A stretch of 64,000 nt of DNA from Rhizophagus irregularis (Eukaryota): the NCBI RefSeq assembly GCF_026210795.1, contig NC_089436.1, forward strand, positions 2,232,001 through 2,296,000, given 5' to 3'. Positions 1-14,229 of this stretch are shown here, in pieces. Numbering within the stretch: position 1 is the first letter of the stretch; every line of letters starts with the position of its first letter. The translations under genes and the position numbers were made by a program. The notes under the pieces are model-generated. The model was not told the DNA's origin. It did not search any database and saw only the letters and a program-made list of their open reading frames with translations.

Positions 1-695
1 TTTATGTTGATGATCAAATAATTTTTCAGTTGTATAAATTATAAAAGTATTTAAATGCATTAATAATTTCTCACCACTAGTTAAAACTGTTTATATTGTT
101 AATCGATATATTTGTTCATTTCAATAAAAATCATGATTTTCCATTTTTGTATTTCAAAAGATTATAATTAACAGAGTTTTTGTTTTGTTTTTGTGTAATA
201 TGTGTAATATGTGTAAAATATGTAAAATATATGGTAATATATGTGATAATGTGTAATAGTGGCGCTTATGTATTTCTAATTTGGATAGCTTATTTTAATA
301 TGTATATTTTATATATATATTTTATAATAATTTTTTTAAAATGAAATGAAATTTGTTATTTTGGAAAGTAAAGAATGAAACAGATTATCATAATTTATTC
401 GGAATGAAGAAAAGTTTCAAGATATAGAAACGTCACATATATACAATGAGATCGTCACAGAAAATTTTAAGGAATGACAAAAACAAAAACTTGTTATTTA
501 ACTTGCAAAATATTGTAAATATTGTTTAGTCATAATGTTTTAATAAAACTAAATTTGGTATTTTCACTTATTTTTAGTTAACAAAAATTTCGGAATTTGT
601 ATTGAAATATTAACCGAGTTTAAATCAAGTAAATCAAGTAAAACTTTAATCCTGAATACTTTGTTTTCTTTTCATATGAATATTTTTTATCTTCC

Positions 696-760
696 GGGGT
701 AGGGGGGTTGGGATTATTATGGGTTATTATGGGTTATTATGGGTTATTATGAGTTATTAT
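696..760 (+). repeat. G-run followed by a (GGGTTATTAT)x~5 tandem repeat
   Basis: Reads ggggtaggggggttgggattattat, then gggttattat x3, then gagttattat. Confidence 0.9.
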
Positions 761-3439
761 TACGGATAAATCTGTATTAGGTGATATAAATAACAATGAA
801 ATTATTATTAGTAATATTAAGTAGTTATTTAACATGTGATCGATATGTAAGTTGGCTAATAATTTCTCTTCTAATAAATAATAATGGCGTAAAAAAGAAA
901 TGTTTCGTATTTTTAACAATGTACTTCATCAGTATACGTATATAACGGAAATATGTTCGGAAATTCCTTCGATTATCATGAAAAAATACTTTACAAGAAT
1001 AAATTACTTAAAATGATGGATTTATTGTTGACCAAAGTTAGATAATAGATTTCTTTAAAAAAATCACCGAATTTATTCCGTAATATTTTCGTTAAAATTA
1101 ATGATAGAAAAAAAAAATGGTTTCTTTTAAAAAAAAAATTCTCAATGAATAAATGAAAATATTTTCCTAAACACAATTGGATTGAGAAAATCATATTGTT
1201 CTATTCATGCATCAAAGTTTTTAATGAATATATGAACGTACCTACTAATTATGAAGTAATAGTTTTTCTTTTCAATTACTAAATTTGTCATTTTTATTTA
1301 ACTATTCCGATTCTCATATACCTTTACTCATAAAACTGTGCGCCATTTTAAAACTTAAGTAACGCCATTGTTCAATTATTCGTGTAACCATGAACAAGGT
1401 TTCGTTCATTGTCTTTTTATCTTTCATTATTTAAAATATATTTTTTTTTAAAAAAAACTCATGAAAATTGTATTATTTTTATGTTATTTTACCGAGAAAT
1501 TATTTAAAAAAAGAAATTATTACCAAAGTCAGGTGTAAAGAAAATGCATAAAGAAACAATAGTAAAAAATTTTATATATTAACATTCAAGCATTATTATT
1601 TTACATTTCAATTTATTTCAATAGATTTCTTCTTTTTTTGGTTTGTATAATTTTACACTACATCTTATGACTTTAATAGGTTTTATTGAAATAACTTTAT
1701 CTATATATCAGTTTTCTTTGTATTTTTTTTTTTAAACAAGTTCTTTTTATTCATGGGCCATTACTTAATCATTTATGCAGGGTTTTTTTTTTTACAAATA
1801 TATCCAGTTATGATAATGATAATGATGCTGTGTGATGTAAACACGTATCAATATATATATAATTTTTTTTTTTTTAAAGAAGAACCAAAAATTATTTTTC
1901 TTTGTTTGCTCATTGTAAAAAAAAAGTGACATTGTTTACGATTGAGGGGATAATGACATAGGGTTTCATCATAAAAGAGATACTATAAGTAGATTAAAAT
2001 ATTTATAGAAAAATGTAAGCCCAATGTCAAAATCAAGTTCATTGCATTGAAAAATCCTTGATTTGGTTTAATTTTAAATCACCTGAAAAAATTCTTTTTC
2101 AACGAATAAAAAATTTTCTTAAATTATCGTTAATTATCAATTTTACGGATTTATTTACCCCACAAAAATTAATATAAGCTGCGGGGATTGTGTAACAGCG
2201 CTTTGACAATTGACACTTTTTGACATTTTCATATGATTAAATTTTTATTGACATTTTTGACAAATTTTTTTTTTTCCGGTAAATTTTTTTTTTTATGTTT
2301 ACTTTTTGGCGCTTTTTTTTTTTTACTGTATATACATAATATATATACTTAAATGTATATATACACAATACATATATATGTTTATTTTGTATATAATTCC
2401 ACCGGGAATTGAATTATCGATCAAGATTCGTATATAAATATTAATGATGTGTTTCGTAAACAAAGAAAATCATTAAAAAGAGAAAATTTTTCTCATTCTA
2501 GCCAAAAAATTAAAATTATCCAAATTCATCTAAATCAGATAAACAATGATACATTTATTTATACTGTATAAAACTATATATATATATTATAAATTTACAT
2601 GTTCGGGAATTAAAAACCGGTGTTTTAATACCGAAACTATTGATCTCTTAATAAATTGTCAATTATATATTACTTTTAATTAAGGTTTACTTTTAATTCA
2701 TATTAGAATGCGTGGAAAATCTTTGTTGCTTGTTAAAATACGTTATAATATTTGATTGATTAAACAAATAAGGTTCAATTCAATTCCTTTTGGGCAAGAA
2801 AATTATTTATATTAGATAATAAAAATATTAGTATAACAAAGAATGTAAAAATGTATTGTATATATACTGTATATATAATAATTATAATATATATATATAC
2901 ATATAATTTTCCTTTTAATTGAACAATGTAATTTATTTTATTTATTTTCGCGCCGTTATGACGAATAAAGATTAATAATTTTGCCCAGAATTAATGTAAA
3001 TCTGTTAACGCGACCCAAAATTAATCGTGACGTAATCGTGTTTTTTGTTGGTTTTTTTTTTTGAACATTAAAGCGCCGATATATTACACCAAATTTTGTC
3101 ATAAAACCAGTATTACACAGGTGTAATGCCGAATTGGTGTAATGTACCATAATATTTTGGCATGGATTGAACCTAATTCATTCCCATGTATAACTTTGAA
3201 ACAGTCTCGTCATAATTTGATTGATCTGATCATATTTTCTATAACGTACAATGTACGTACCGAAAATTACGTTTATTTATTATTAGATACATTATGATGA
3301 ATTTCATTTCTGAGTGTTATATATATATATATATATATATATGAACTTTTTTCACATGAAATCGGTACTAACAATTCAGTTGGTGTAGATCTACTAAATC
3401 AGACGGCGATTTTTTTAGTTTACGGTAAGTGACAATAGT

Positions 3440-3560
3440 TTTAATAGGTTTAATGATGCTTTTCCAATAGTTTAATGATCTTTTCAATAGGGTTAATAGG
3501 TTTAATGATCTTTTTCAATAGGTTTAATAGGTTTAATGATGTTTTTTCAACAGATTTAAT
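3440..3560 (+). repeat. Degenerate tandem repeat (AATAGGTTTAATGATCTTTTC-like units)
   Basis: 4-5 imperfect copies visible. Confidence 0.75.
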
Positions 3561-6500
3561 GACAAAGTCATATATCTCGCTTTATTAAAATTTAGGGCAG
3601 ACTGTCAAATCAGTAAACAGCAGTAAAGATACAGAGTATGCTTACCCATAGACTCTCAGTATGATACGGTACATGATCAAATAGATTTAATAAAATTTAG
3701 AATAATTTTAGTAATGTATTTTACTAACCTTTTATTATTAATTATGATTAATAAGTTTATTTATTTTATTGTAAACATTAAAATATATCCCGTTAATAAT
3801 AGCTACATTGTAAGAATTTATATATATAGCCAATACAAATTCTAATTGTTACTCTTATACCCATAAAAACCTTGATTTTAAAGAAAAACGTTAACAAATA
3901 ATTGTTTTTTTAATTTTGAAATATGTAGTTATTAAAATAAATACCCGATCATAATTGTAATAATTGTTTTAATTTTACAAACTATTAGATCTCCGATTTT
4001 TAAATTAGAAAAATAAATAATATATCTACCACTGGTGGTTTCTAACCAGCTATGATCAATTCACTATAAACTAACCACTTTATAAAACAAAATAACTTTA
4101 TATAAATATATATATAGTGACTTTATTAACAAAAATATATTTTACATAATATATAGTTTTTCTATAAAGGCCATCTCATTACATCCTGCTGTATTCAGTA
4201 AATTATACTTCATATATATTGTTTATTAACTTATATATATTTAACTTTAAATAATTCAAAATCATTAGAATTTTAAAGATTTAAAGTTAATATTGCAAAT
4301 AATCTTTTGGTATTTAAAGCTAAATTATATATTATTATTCTTTATCACAAATATTAATGATGTCTGTTTAACTACATCATAATGTTGGACCAACTGAAAT
4401 TTTATGTTTACTGAATAACAATATTTAATAAGCATTATTTAATAAGCATTTTATTAGTATTTATATAATTTTTTTTTTATTTACCCTCATAGGGATCGAT
4501 ATTTAATTATAGTAAAAAAGTTTACGTAATCATAAACATTAACCTCTAAAATACCTCACTCAACCAGCAAATATTCCTGATGAGCTTTATTAATATTTTA
4601 TACTTATTAAGTGCTAATAATAAATATTAATAAATTACTTTAACCAACATCATGATGAAACTATATAATAATAATTTTTAATTTTAATTTTAATAATTAT
4701 ATAAAATTATAGTTTTATTATAAAAATATATAAAATTATATTATATATATATAATAGTTGAGTTTTGTTAACTTGTCCCTTGGGTTAAATAATCCAGGTT
4801 AAATTACCTTCCTAAAAATTTATATTTTACATAGTTTTTTTACCAATATTTTAATTGGTCAATTTTAATTTATTTTTGTTAAAAATTTGCAATACTTTTA
4901 TTTGCAAATTTTTTTGTATTATAATAGTTTAAAACATTTAATTAAAGTTTATTAATTTGAAAAAACTATCAAATTCATACTTTATTATTTTTAATAAAAC
5001 TACAGTAGTAATTATGGTACATAAAAAAAATATATGATAATAACAAAGCAAACAAAAGAACAAAACTATAAAAATAAAAAGTAAAACTTATAAAGAAAAT
5101 TAAAGAATAAAATAATAATGAAATCTATGAAGTTAAAAAATAAAATTTGTTATATTGAAAAGTAAAACATGTTAAGTTAAAGAGCAGCATAAAGTAAAAA
5201 AATATAGTTTGTAAAAAATAAAAATTAGAAAATAAACAAAAATCTAAAGACTAAAAAAAAAAAAATACCCATTATAAAAAAAAAGGAAAAAAATTTCATA
5301 AATAAATTAAAGAGTGAATTTACAAAAAAAAATTAATAATTAAATAAAAGCAAATTAAGAGTAAAACATATCACATAATGTTGAAGAAAAAGAAGTTAAA
5401 AAATAGTATAAAGAAAAGAAATATAGTTAGTATGAATAAAAAATAAAACTATAAAAAAAGAGAATATACTTTTTAATGTATTAAAATATAATATTATACT
5501 AAAAATTGCAAAACCTGAAAGAACTTAAAAATCTAAAAAAAACATATGATGCCAGAAGTCTATACTCAACAATTACGTAATTTTGTTTCAATTTTCTATG
5601 CCAATTCTATATTATGTGATCCAGAATTCAGCCAATAAAAAACTGGGATTTCTTATGTAAAGTACTAATAAAATGTGATTTTTAAAAATTTTTTATTACA
5701 CATAAGAAAAAGTAGATTTCAGCAATAAATCACAACTACCATTTCATAAAAGTCATACATTGATAAAAATTTTTTTTTAAAAAAAATTACATATTATAAT
5801 AATTCGGGCTGGTATTATCACAATGCATTAAATCGACCCAAATTATCATAAGTTCTGACCAATATATTTTGTTTCAAATTTGGACTGATCATATAAAAAT
5901 CATGCAATTTCAAATGCTTATAATTTTTTACATAGATCTTCTTTTAAAAATCTGACCGGTAATTTGATAAAGAATAAAGTTACCAGTTTATTTTTTCTAA
6001 ATTGTATTTTTTTAAAGAAGTGAAAGATTTTTAAGTGTTACATTTTTATTGTCGAGTATAGACTTTCAGCACCATACTAAAGAAAAAAAAAGCAGATAAA
6101 AATAATAAACAAAAAAAGGAAATTGGAATAAAAAAAAGAAAATGAAAAAGAAATAGAAAAAAAAAAAATAAGAGAAAAAAAAAATGAAAAAAATGAAATA
6201 AACAGATAGTAAAAATAATGTAATTATAAATATTAGTCAGTTCAATGATTCCAATCAAATTTATTATATGATAAAATGAATAATTCATATAATTATATAT
6301 AATTTACTAAATGTTATTTTTTTTTTTTAATGATTTATATAGGATCCCAGGCATTATATATTTAACTCATAACTAATCTGCATGAATTTAGCACTTTTTG
6401 CTCCTACTAAAATAGACCTAATTTGCTAAAAATCAAATTATCACATTTTACATCTATACTAATTTGCTAAAACTCAAAATATAAGTTATAATAAAATTTT

Positions 6501-6638
6501 AAATAATATAGGTTTAAATTTGCTTAATAAAATATAATTTCAGTTTATTAAAATTATTTGTAGATCGGTAAATTTAATTGTCAATTTACCGAAATTAACA
6601 ATCTTTTTTTTTATTATCAATAAAAAAATAAATAATTA

Positions 6639-6825
6639 CCGTAAAGTTCTGAATATAAGCAACCTTTTTTTTATAGGGTGCTTATATTTGGGTAAATTTA
6701 TATATTTGGTATATTGTAGTATTGGCCAAAATTATCATAGTGTTGGTCAAGGATGCTTACTTTCGGGTAATATAAAAATCTGGAGGTGCTTATATTCAGG
6801 GGTACTTATAATCAGGACTTTAAGG
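6639..6825. mobile_element. Tc1/mariner-type MITE (TA TSD) nested in family A
   Basis: TA|ccgtaaagttctgaatataagc ... acttataatcaggactttaagg|TA. Confidence 0.75.
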
Positions 6826-6829
6826 TAAT

Positions 6830-7083
6830 AACAACTAACTTTTTGCCAAAAAAGACCCTTTTTTATTTTCAGTTTTTTGCAATTATCTCAGCATCAGTGA
6901 TCTGATTCATGCGGATTTTTTTTATTTTGTAAAGCTCGATGAGGGCTACAAAATAAAAAAAGTTCGCATAAATTGGACCACTGGATGCTGAGATAATCAC
7001 AAAAAACATGATTTTTTTTTGAAATTTAGGCCAATTTGCTAAAAAGTTACTCTCTAAGTTGTATATGTAATGTCTGGGATCCT
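6830..7083. mobile_element. Left-truncated copy of the ~290-bp palindromic MITE seen at 38661-38953
   Basis: Colinear similarity to 38689-38953; ends in tgtaatgtctgggatcct. Confidence 0.8.
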
Positions 7084-7914
7084 ATATAAATTAAACTGTC
7101 AATTTTTATAATTTATAATTAAAAATATGTAGATTATAAATAAAATAATAATTAATAAAAATAATAAATTAAATATAAATAATTATTAAAAAATAAAATG
7201 TTGCGAAACTAATCGGACAGTTTTTGGCCTGCATTATGCTTAATTTTGGCCGGAATTATACTTAATTTTGGCCAAAATATAATCCAGACCCCGAAACTAA
7301 TATTTTAAAAATATTATCTATAAAAGTTAAAAAAAAGGATAAGTTAAATTTAAAAAAAAGTACCAATTTGCTCAAATATAAAATATGACTTTGTAAAATC
7401 AACCCAATTTGCTAAAACTCATAATTATGACTATTAATTAATTTTCAATCAATTTGCTCTATCTAAAATTATGAGTTTAACCTAATTTTGATTGAATTTG
7501 CTAAAACTCAAATGTGAGTTATATATGTGATGTCTGGGGTTCTATTTATATATATTTTATTGATATTAAATTTATATACTATATAAATAAATTATTATAA
7601 ACTATATCCAGTTATTCATCCAATAGAATGCAATCATTAAAAAATATTATATTTTAATAAAAATTTATACAAAAGCAATATATTTTGCAAAAATAATAAA
7701 ATTACTTTTTAATGAAAATATACATTCACCTGCCAAAAGTATCTAGGTATTTCTAAAAAATGATTATTAAATCACATTATTTTGATTAGAATTTAATGAT
7801 TTATGATTTATTGGATTCGTCTAATTAAGATGTATTTAACTGCAGTATTTTTAAATCTGTAAGTTCAATAAATCAAAAGTTATTATTGAATATCTAAAAA
7901 CAGTAAAATGCAAA

Positions 7915-8560
7915 TAACTTTTAATCTATTAATCCTAAAGATATAAAAATAATAGATACAATATATTTTAACAAGATAAATCTAATAAACCATATTTCAT
8001 TTTTTTAAGTTTAATAGGGAAGAAAATGTTGTAAAATTTGTATATGTCAAATTTTTAAAAAATAAAAAATAAATTACTTTATAAAGTTAAATCACATTAT
8101 TTCATATATAACTAGTGAATAGAATTTAATTATTTATAATTCAATGAATTTATATTATTAAGATGCATCTAATTGCAGTATTTTTATGTCTTTAAATTTG
8201 ATGAATCAGATGTTATTCTTAACAGTAAAATGCAAATAAATCATTATTTATTTTTAAAAATTTGACATATACAAATTTTACAACATTTACTTCCTATTAG
8301 ATCTAAAAAGATGAAATACAATTTATTAGATTTGTCTTGTTAAAGTATATTGTATCGAGTAAATTTATTCATCGCACGTGCGATGCATCGCCACTTTCCT
8401 TTTTTGTAAATTATTTATGTTGATCAACCTGCTTATACATCGCCACCCCCTTAAAATGGCAATGATAAACATAAAAATTTGCATCGCACGTGCGATAAAT
8501 AAATTATTTCTATTGTATCTATTATTTTATGTCTCTAGAATTGATTAAAATTAAAAAAGC
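7915..8560. repeat. Degenerate inverted repeat (~150-bp arms); right arm interrupted by a MITE
   Basis: gttgtaaaatttgtatatgtcaaatttttaaaaa versus tttttaaaaatttgacatatacaaattttacaac, extending outward. Confidence 0.7.
8357..8510. mobile_element. 154-bp Mutator-type MITE (9-bp TSD)
   Basis: TSD TATTGTATC on both sides; G...C termini; TIRs contain the palindrome atcgcacgtgcgat; near-identical copy at 21192. Confidence 0.92.
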
Positions 8561-9029
8561 GGGTGAAAACACTAATTGTGATTATTTCACTCAAATTAAT
8601 AGAATTACTTCTCTCCCCTATTGGTCTTTCTTATCTGGCAATTGGTTCTCCTATAGTTTAGTTTATGGCTGCTTACCTTCTGTCTTCCTGGAAGTATTTG
8701 AGAATTTAGATATTCTTCGTCTTACCGCCATGAATATAATTGCTGCTATTCACAACAACTTTATCAACAAATTCCAAAAACAGATTTGGAATTCACATTC
8801 TTATGACAAAGGATTATAGAAACATGCAATAAACATCACTTCAAAACTTAAAAAATCTTCAAGGCCTAAAGGTTTGTCCAAATCTTTATATTTACCTTAC
8901 TTATCTTTACCACCTCTGACCTATGTTAATTCACGTAACTCCAGAACTGATTGGTTAAAGAACTCGATGCAATATAGATTATCTTGGTTTAATCATATTT
9001 TAGGTTTTATAGGTCATCTAACAGTGCTA

Positions 9030-9460
9030 TGATGGCTGTCACCTATAAACAACAATAGTCCGAAATTTTGAAATTTATTTATTTATATTGTGTAACTTAT
9101 GTTTTAAAGTACTTTGTCAAAATATTAATTGTCGCGTGAGCGGCAAAATTTTTTTTTTGCTATATTACATGGAATTCTTGTGGATTTCCATGGAATTTTT
9201 GTAAAATCCATAAAAATTACATGAAAACTAGTCCGAAATTTTATATTTTTATTATTGCTACTTATTAAAATTATCTAACTTTAACCCATAATATTAATTA
9301 AAATTCTTATTAAATTCTATAAAATAATCTGATAGAAATGTTCAGTACATGTTGCTATATCATTTTATTAGTTTAGTTTTTTCTTTTTACTATTCAATTT
9401 ACAATTTATAAAAATTTAAAGTCACTTAATATTAGTGTAGTTTATAGGTGACAGCCACCA
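9030..9460. mobile_element. Tc1/mariner-type MITE (TA TSD)
   Basis: TA|tgatggctgtcacctataaac ... gtttataggtgacagccacca|TA. Confidence 0.88.
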
Positions 9461-9539
9461 TACTTAATAATATCTTTAGCAGAATGAAGTGTCGATTTTA
9501 ACAATGGGTGCATCATTCGTTATTTTGTTAGCATACACC

Positions 9540-10052
9540 AGGAAATTTGCTTAGGCGTAATTTAATGTAATATTTCAGAGGTGGTGTAAAATTTCGAAAT
9601 ATTACACTAAAAACATAATATTACAAAAGTTTACGCTCTTAAATTTAAATAATTATAGTAATTTAAGAATATCTCACTATCTACTGACCCAATCAAGACG
9701 ATTTATAGCTCATTAGAATCAGCTCATCAAGACGAATCGAATGGTAGTAAAATCGTATCTTTACATTCGATAAATGACTTTCTATTAATTTAAAACTTTA
9801 TTGTATACTATAGAGCGTTTTATTAACGGGAGAAATGTAAATTTACTACCATTCGATTCGTCTTGATGAGCTGATTCCAATGAGCTATAGATCGTCTTGA
9901 TTGGATCAGTAGATAGTGAAATATTCTTAAATTACTATAATTATTCAAATTTAAAGCGTAAACTTTTGTAATATTACGTTTTTAATGTAATATTTCAAAA
10001 TTTTACACCACCTCTGAAATATTACACTAAATTACGCCTAAACAAATTTCCT
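9540..10052. mobile_element. Foldback/long-TIR element, ~215-bp arms and ~85-bp spacer
   Basis: 9540-9753 is the reverse complement of 9839-10052 with few mismatches; TSD unclear. Confidence 0.88.
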
Positions 10053-10422
10053 AATTTAGTTGCTTCTACTTTAGTTGGAATATATCAAGAGAAAAGATCT
10101 AGGAAGTGTTAATATTAGCGATTTTTCTTTTGAATTTTCTTTTAATTTTAATTTCTTTCTAGGAGACTATATAGCTTTGTTTTTAGTTAATTTTTATTTT
10201 ATTGTCTTTTTTCTTGTATGTAAATTTGTAAAGTTCGATAAATAATTAATAAAGATAAAGGCTGCTATGCCATGTTTGCCTAAAAGTGTGACTTAGTGAA
10301 CATTGTACTTTCTCTTCCGTTGGGCTCTGCCTATTTTTTTCCAAGAAGTTTTAGATGAAAAGTATGAAGACTTTTTGTCTTGAGTGATAGTAAAATGACT
10401 TTTAGACTTTATATGAAGTTAT

Positions 10423-11693
10423 AGGACCCTGAACAATATATATAAAGGTAGGTTTTAAGTTTGCTTAACCAACATATAAAAATTTTTCCTATGTGATTAT
10501 TTGATAACATAATTTTTAAATAGTCAGATATAATTATGCATAGCAGAGTATTAAATTATTAATAGTCAGATATATATTTGCGTAGCAGGATAGAATTTTT
10601 TAATATATATATATAATATAATATAGAGTGAATTTATTTACTGCACCCTGCGTTATAATGCATCCTTCCTTTTTTGTAAATTGTTTATATCGATCTTTAG
10701 TTTATACACTGCACCCCTCCTTAAAATGGCAAATGATAAACATACAAATATATATAAATTTGTAATGCAGGGTGCGGTAAATACATTATTTTTATAATAT
10801 ATATTTACATTTTTCACATTAAAAAAATCTAATAAAATATGTAAACAAAGTTATAAACATATTTGTATAAAAAAATTTATTATTTTTAATACAAAGAATA
10901 AGTTAATTAGTTAATTGTATACATAATACAGGAAACATTTTTAGATGTGATCATGTAACGTGTTTTTGATAAAACAAATACACGTCTATATAACATTAAA
11001 ATTATGAATCATATACGCGTCCATGTAATATTTAAAAAATATAATATATTAAAAATGAGAGCAACGGGTGGATGGAAAGGGAAAAATAAGTGTTTTTCTG
11101 TTTTTTTATAATTTTACACTATAATTTTTGTAATAATCAATAAAAGTTATTTCATTTTTACTTAGAAAATTTTTTAAAAATATTTTTTTTGACAAATTTT
11201 ACAGTAAATTTTAAAAATAAAAATTCTGCGTATTGGTGGTGTTACAAAAAATATGAATAAATTCATAAATATCTATTCAATCATGATAAAAATTTATATG
11301 TAAGTAGATTCGAATCTGCTGAACAACATTACTTAAGAAGATTTTAGATATTTCCTTTGACTAAAGTGCCTAAATTACGCTCTGAAATCACAGAACAGAT
11401 ATACGAAATATTAATAAGAAACATTTATAAGTTGTAATATTACAAAAAAATAATAATAGCTTTATCTATACATTATTTCAAAAATTTTTGTTTTTTTAGT
11501 TTTTTTTATATACATATTTTATAAAAAAAATTATATATAAATATATATATATCATAAAATAAGTTGCTTAGCAGTGTATAAAATTTATGGGTTGGATAAA
11601 AGTTTGCTTAGCAGACATAAAAAATATTTGCTTATTGACCTTAGTAAATTTTGAATTTTTTATCTGACCTATATATATATTATTCGGGGTTCT
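10423..11693. mobile_element. Non-autonomous TIR element with family-A-like termini, 8-bp TSD
   Basis: aggaccctgaacaatatata ... tatatattattcggggttct; TSD GAAGTTAT; the empty site is visible in the homologous copy near 18226. Confidence 0.88.
10626..10792. mobile_element. Mutator-type MITE related to 8357/21192 (9-bp TSD)
   Basis: TSD TATAATATA; same internal ttccttttttgtaaat and ccttaaaatggcaa motifs. Confidence 0.82.
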
Positions 11694-13609
11694 GAAGTTA
11701 TTACTAAGATTTTTAGTTTCACTCAAACTCCTTACAGCTTATATTGAATTAGAACTATTATCACGAGTCTTGGAGTTACCAATAATAATGTAAGATGGCA
11801 GTTCCATACAAACGTTTTTCTGAACTTTCTGAAAGGTTGAAAAGTAGTGCGTCTTAGTTTCTACACCTTTAAAGTCTAACTGGCCAAATGGTTCACAGGC
11901 TGGACTATTATTTCTTAGAAGAAGCTTATCAATCAACATATTTCTTGTTAGTTGAGGTTGTTAACAGGATTGTTAGTCTTCTAAAATAAGGAGACAGAGT
12001 TGAGGTGTATGTTTGGTATTTTTTACTCAGATTTTTCTCATTATACTGCAAGTTTTCCTGAAGTTTATGTTTTTATTTTTGCTTTTTGTTTTTTTTTGGT
12101 TATTTTTTTTGGTATAATCTTATTTTTTTTGAGAGATAGGGGATACTGGAAAATTTAATCATCATGGTAGCTTGATGTTACTAATTTTAAAATTGATAAT
12201 CACTTAGGTGATAAGGGGGTGACAGATTGGGTATCACAGTTTTTGTAGTATGCCAATCAAGGTGGTTACATATTGGACTATCATTGGATTGATTTATCTA
12301 GGTAGATCTTAGGTTGATGAATTGTTCGGAATGAGGTAGGTGTTCTCTGTTAGGGATCGTTCAAAATGAGATAGGTGTTCCTGTTGGGATTATATGATAC
12401 TAAAAAATTCCCCTAGTGGCTGGACTGCATAACACTAAAAAGTTCCTAAAGGCCTTTATGAAGTAGATTTGTTATTCATAGTATAGTATATAGTCAAATA
12501 GAGAAAATTGAATTTTGTTCTTTTTTGATAGCGCTAATGGTAACTCAGAAATATTTGACTGCTGATGCTTGATGTAGATTCTTATATTTGGGTTACGTAT
12601 AGTATAGTTGATTCTACATTATTTAAAATATAACTTGGAGGAGTAGCCATAGTTATTTATATGGAGAATTGTGAGTTTTAAATCTTAGCTTTCTATATTT
12701 GTAATTTTTGGTAGATTTATTTGTTCTTGTATTAGTTAATTCTGCATTTGTTGTAGTTATTTACTGAATACCTGATATTCTCTAAAGTAACTTTTGGCAA
12801 AAATTAATAAAATTTAAGCGCAAGCTGTATTAAATTAAAAGTGTGACTTATGACCTGTTTTAGAGATGTCTGAGGTCCTCTTTAACTTGTATTTAATAAA
12901 TTATCAAATGCATTGTGATTATAAAAAAAAAATTATAAATATAAAATTACATAATTTATCTACTTATACCTAAAGCTCTAAACAGTTTGGGCTAAACTGG
13001 AAAACTGATCTGAAACTAACTCAAAATTCGGTTTGGTTTAATTTAGTTTAGTTCAGGTATTACTAAAACTGAAAAACTGGCGGTTCAGTTCAGTTTAATT
13101 TAATTTTTTATAAAAATGCAAAAAATCAAATAGCTGTCTATTTAATATAGAGCTCTGCATAAGTCAGGTCAGGTCGGATTACCTGGTTAACTTGAACTGA
13201 AATTTTTTTTTAGGTCAGGTCGGGTAAACCGTTCTGAACTGATCTGACCCATTTGACCTAAAAGTATTCAGGTCACTTCGGGTAACTCAAGTTACCTGAA
13301 GTTTTATTATTAAATATTGTAAAAAAATGTTTTGTAATGTTTTTTACTTTTGTTTTTAGGAGTTTGCTCAGCGTGATCATCACCAGTGTCACGTGATTTT
13401 ATAAAATTTGGCCGGAATTAAGGAATTGACATATAAATTTCCTTTTATGGAGTTTGAGTAACGTTACACAATCCAAAAAAGGCAATTTTGTTTCTTATCA
13501 AAAATGAGAAATGCATTACACAATATTCCAAAAAAGGAAATTTTTATGTAGATCACCTAATTCCGGCCAAAATTTTAAAAATCACGTGACGCCGGTGATA
13601 ATCGCATGC

Positions 13610-14181
13610 CCCAGTATCGCCAGAAAATTTTTTTGCATTTTCCAGCGTGGCTTTGGCCGGCGTTATGAGATTTGGCTGGAATTAAGAAATTAACCGTGTG
13701 TCGAATAACGTGTGACGAATAGGATTTTAGACACCAAAAAAATCTAAGTCCCCACGTAGAGCGAATTTGCTGCTAGTACTTCGAGTTCATTTCGAGTTGA
13801 AGCTACTAACTCAAGTCAGTTTAAGGCATTCGAGTCAGCCGGGATCGCGTGGTTGATAGTGCGGTGAACCCATATTGTTTGTAATTCCTGCCAGGCACTA
13901 TGGATATAACGATCAGGTAAAATTATGAATAATTTTTTTGGCTGCACTTTAACTTTTCTTTTGACTCAAATTAAGCTTGAATTAAGCTCAGTACGACTCA
14001 AGTTTTGGACTCATACTCTTACTCGTCTTCTTCGGCTCGATTCTTGAGTTATTTTATCCGACAAATCGAGTCATTCTGATCCCCAGAATACTTATAAAAA
14101 ATGAGAAAGTGGAGGGATGTGACACGGGTGACAAATTATTTAGGATCACATAGGGTGAAAAAATTTTCTGGCGATACTGGG
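13610..14181. mobile_element. MITE with perfect 21-bp TIR (CCCAG...CTGGG)
   Basis: cccagtatcgccagaaaattt / aaattttctggcgatactggg. Confidence 0.8.
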
Positions 14182-14229
14182 AAAGATGATGATCACCGCC
14201 GGTGATTCGTAGCAATTTTATTGTTTTTA

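Larger units (their letters stand above)
6341..7543. mobile_element. Non-autonomous TIR DNA transposon, family A (AGGAYCC...GGGTTCT termini, 8-bp TSD)
   Basis: TIRs aggatcccaggcattatata / tatatgtgatgtctggggttct; perfect TSD ATTTATAT at 6333-6340 and 7544-7551; body homologous to 18006-18106 plus 20149-20678. Confidence 0.9.
8558..12835 (+). mobile_element. 5'-truncated LINE remnant: ORF2 C-terminus plus long 3' region, split by three nested DNA elements
   Basis: Translation ...SYSLVYGCLPSVFLEVF...IAAIHNNFINKFQKQIWN resembles a fungal LINE ORF2 C-terminus. Pieces 8558-9029, 9461-9539, 10053-10422 and 11694-12835 join once the inserts are removed. The 3' part is homologous to 18107-20148 and 48565-49238. 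Confidence 0.65.

Noticed and set aside
890..950. Hammerhead-like core on the minus strand (CTGATGA-A-GTA...TAC-GAAAC)
   Set aside because: Stems I and III cannot be closed around a proper NUH site.
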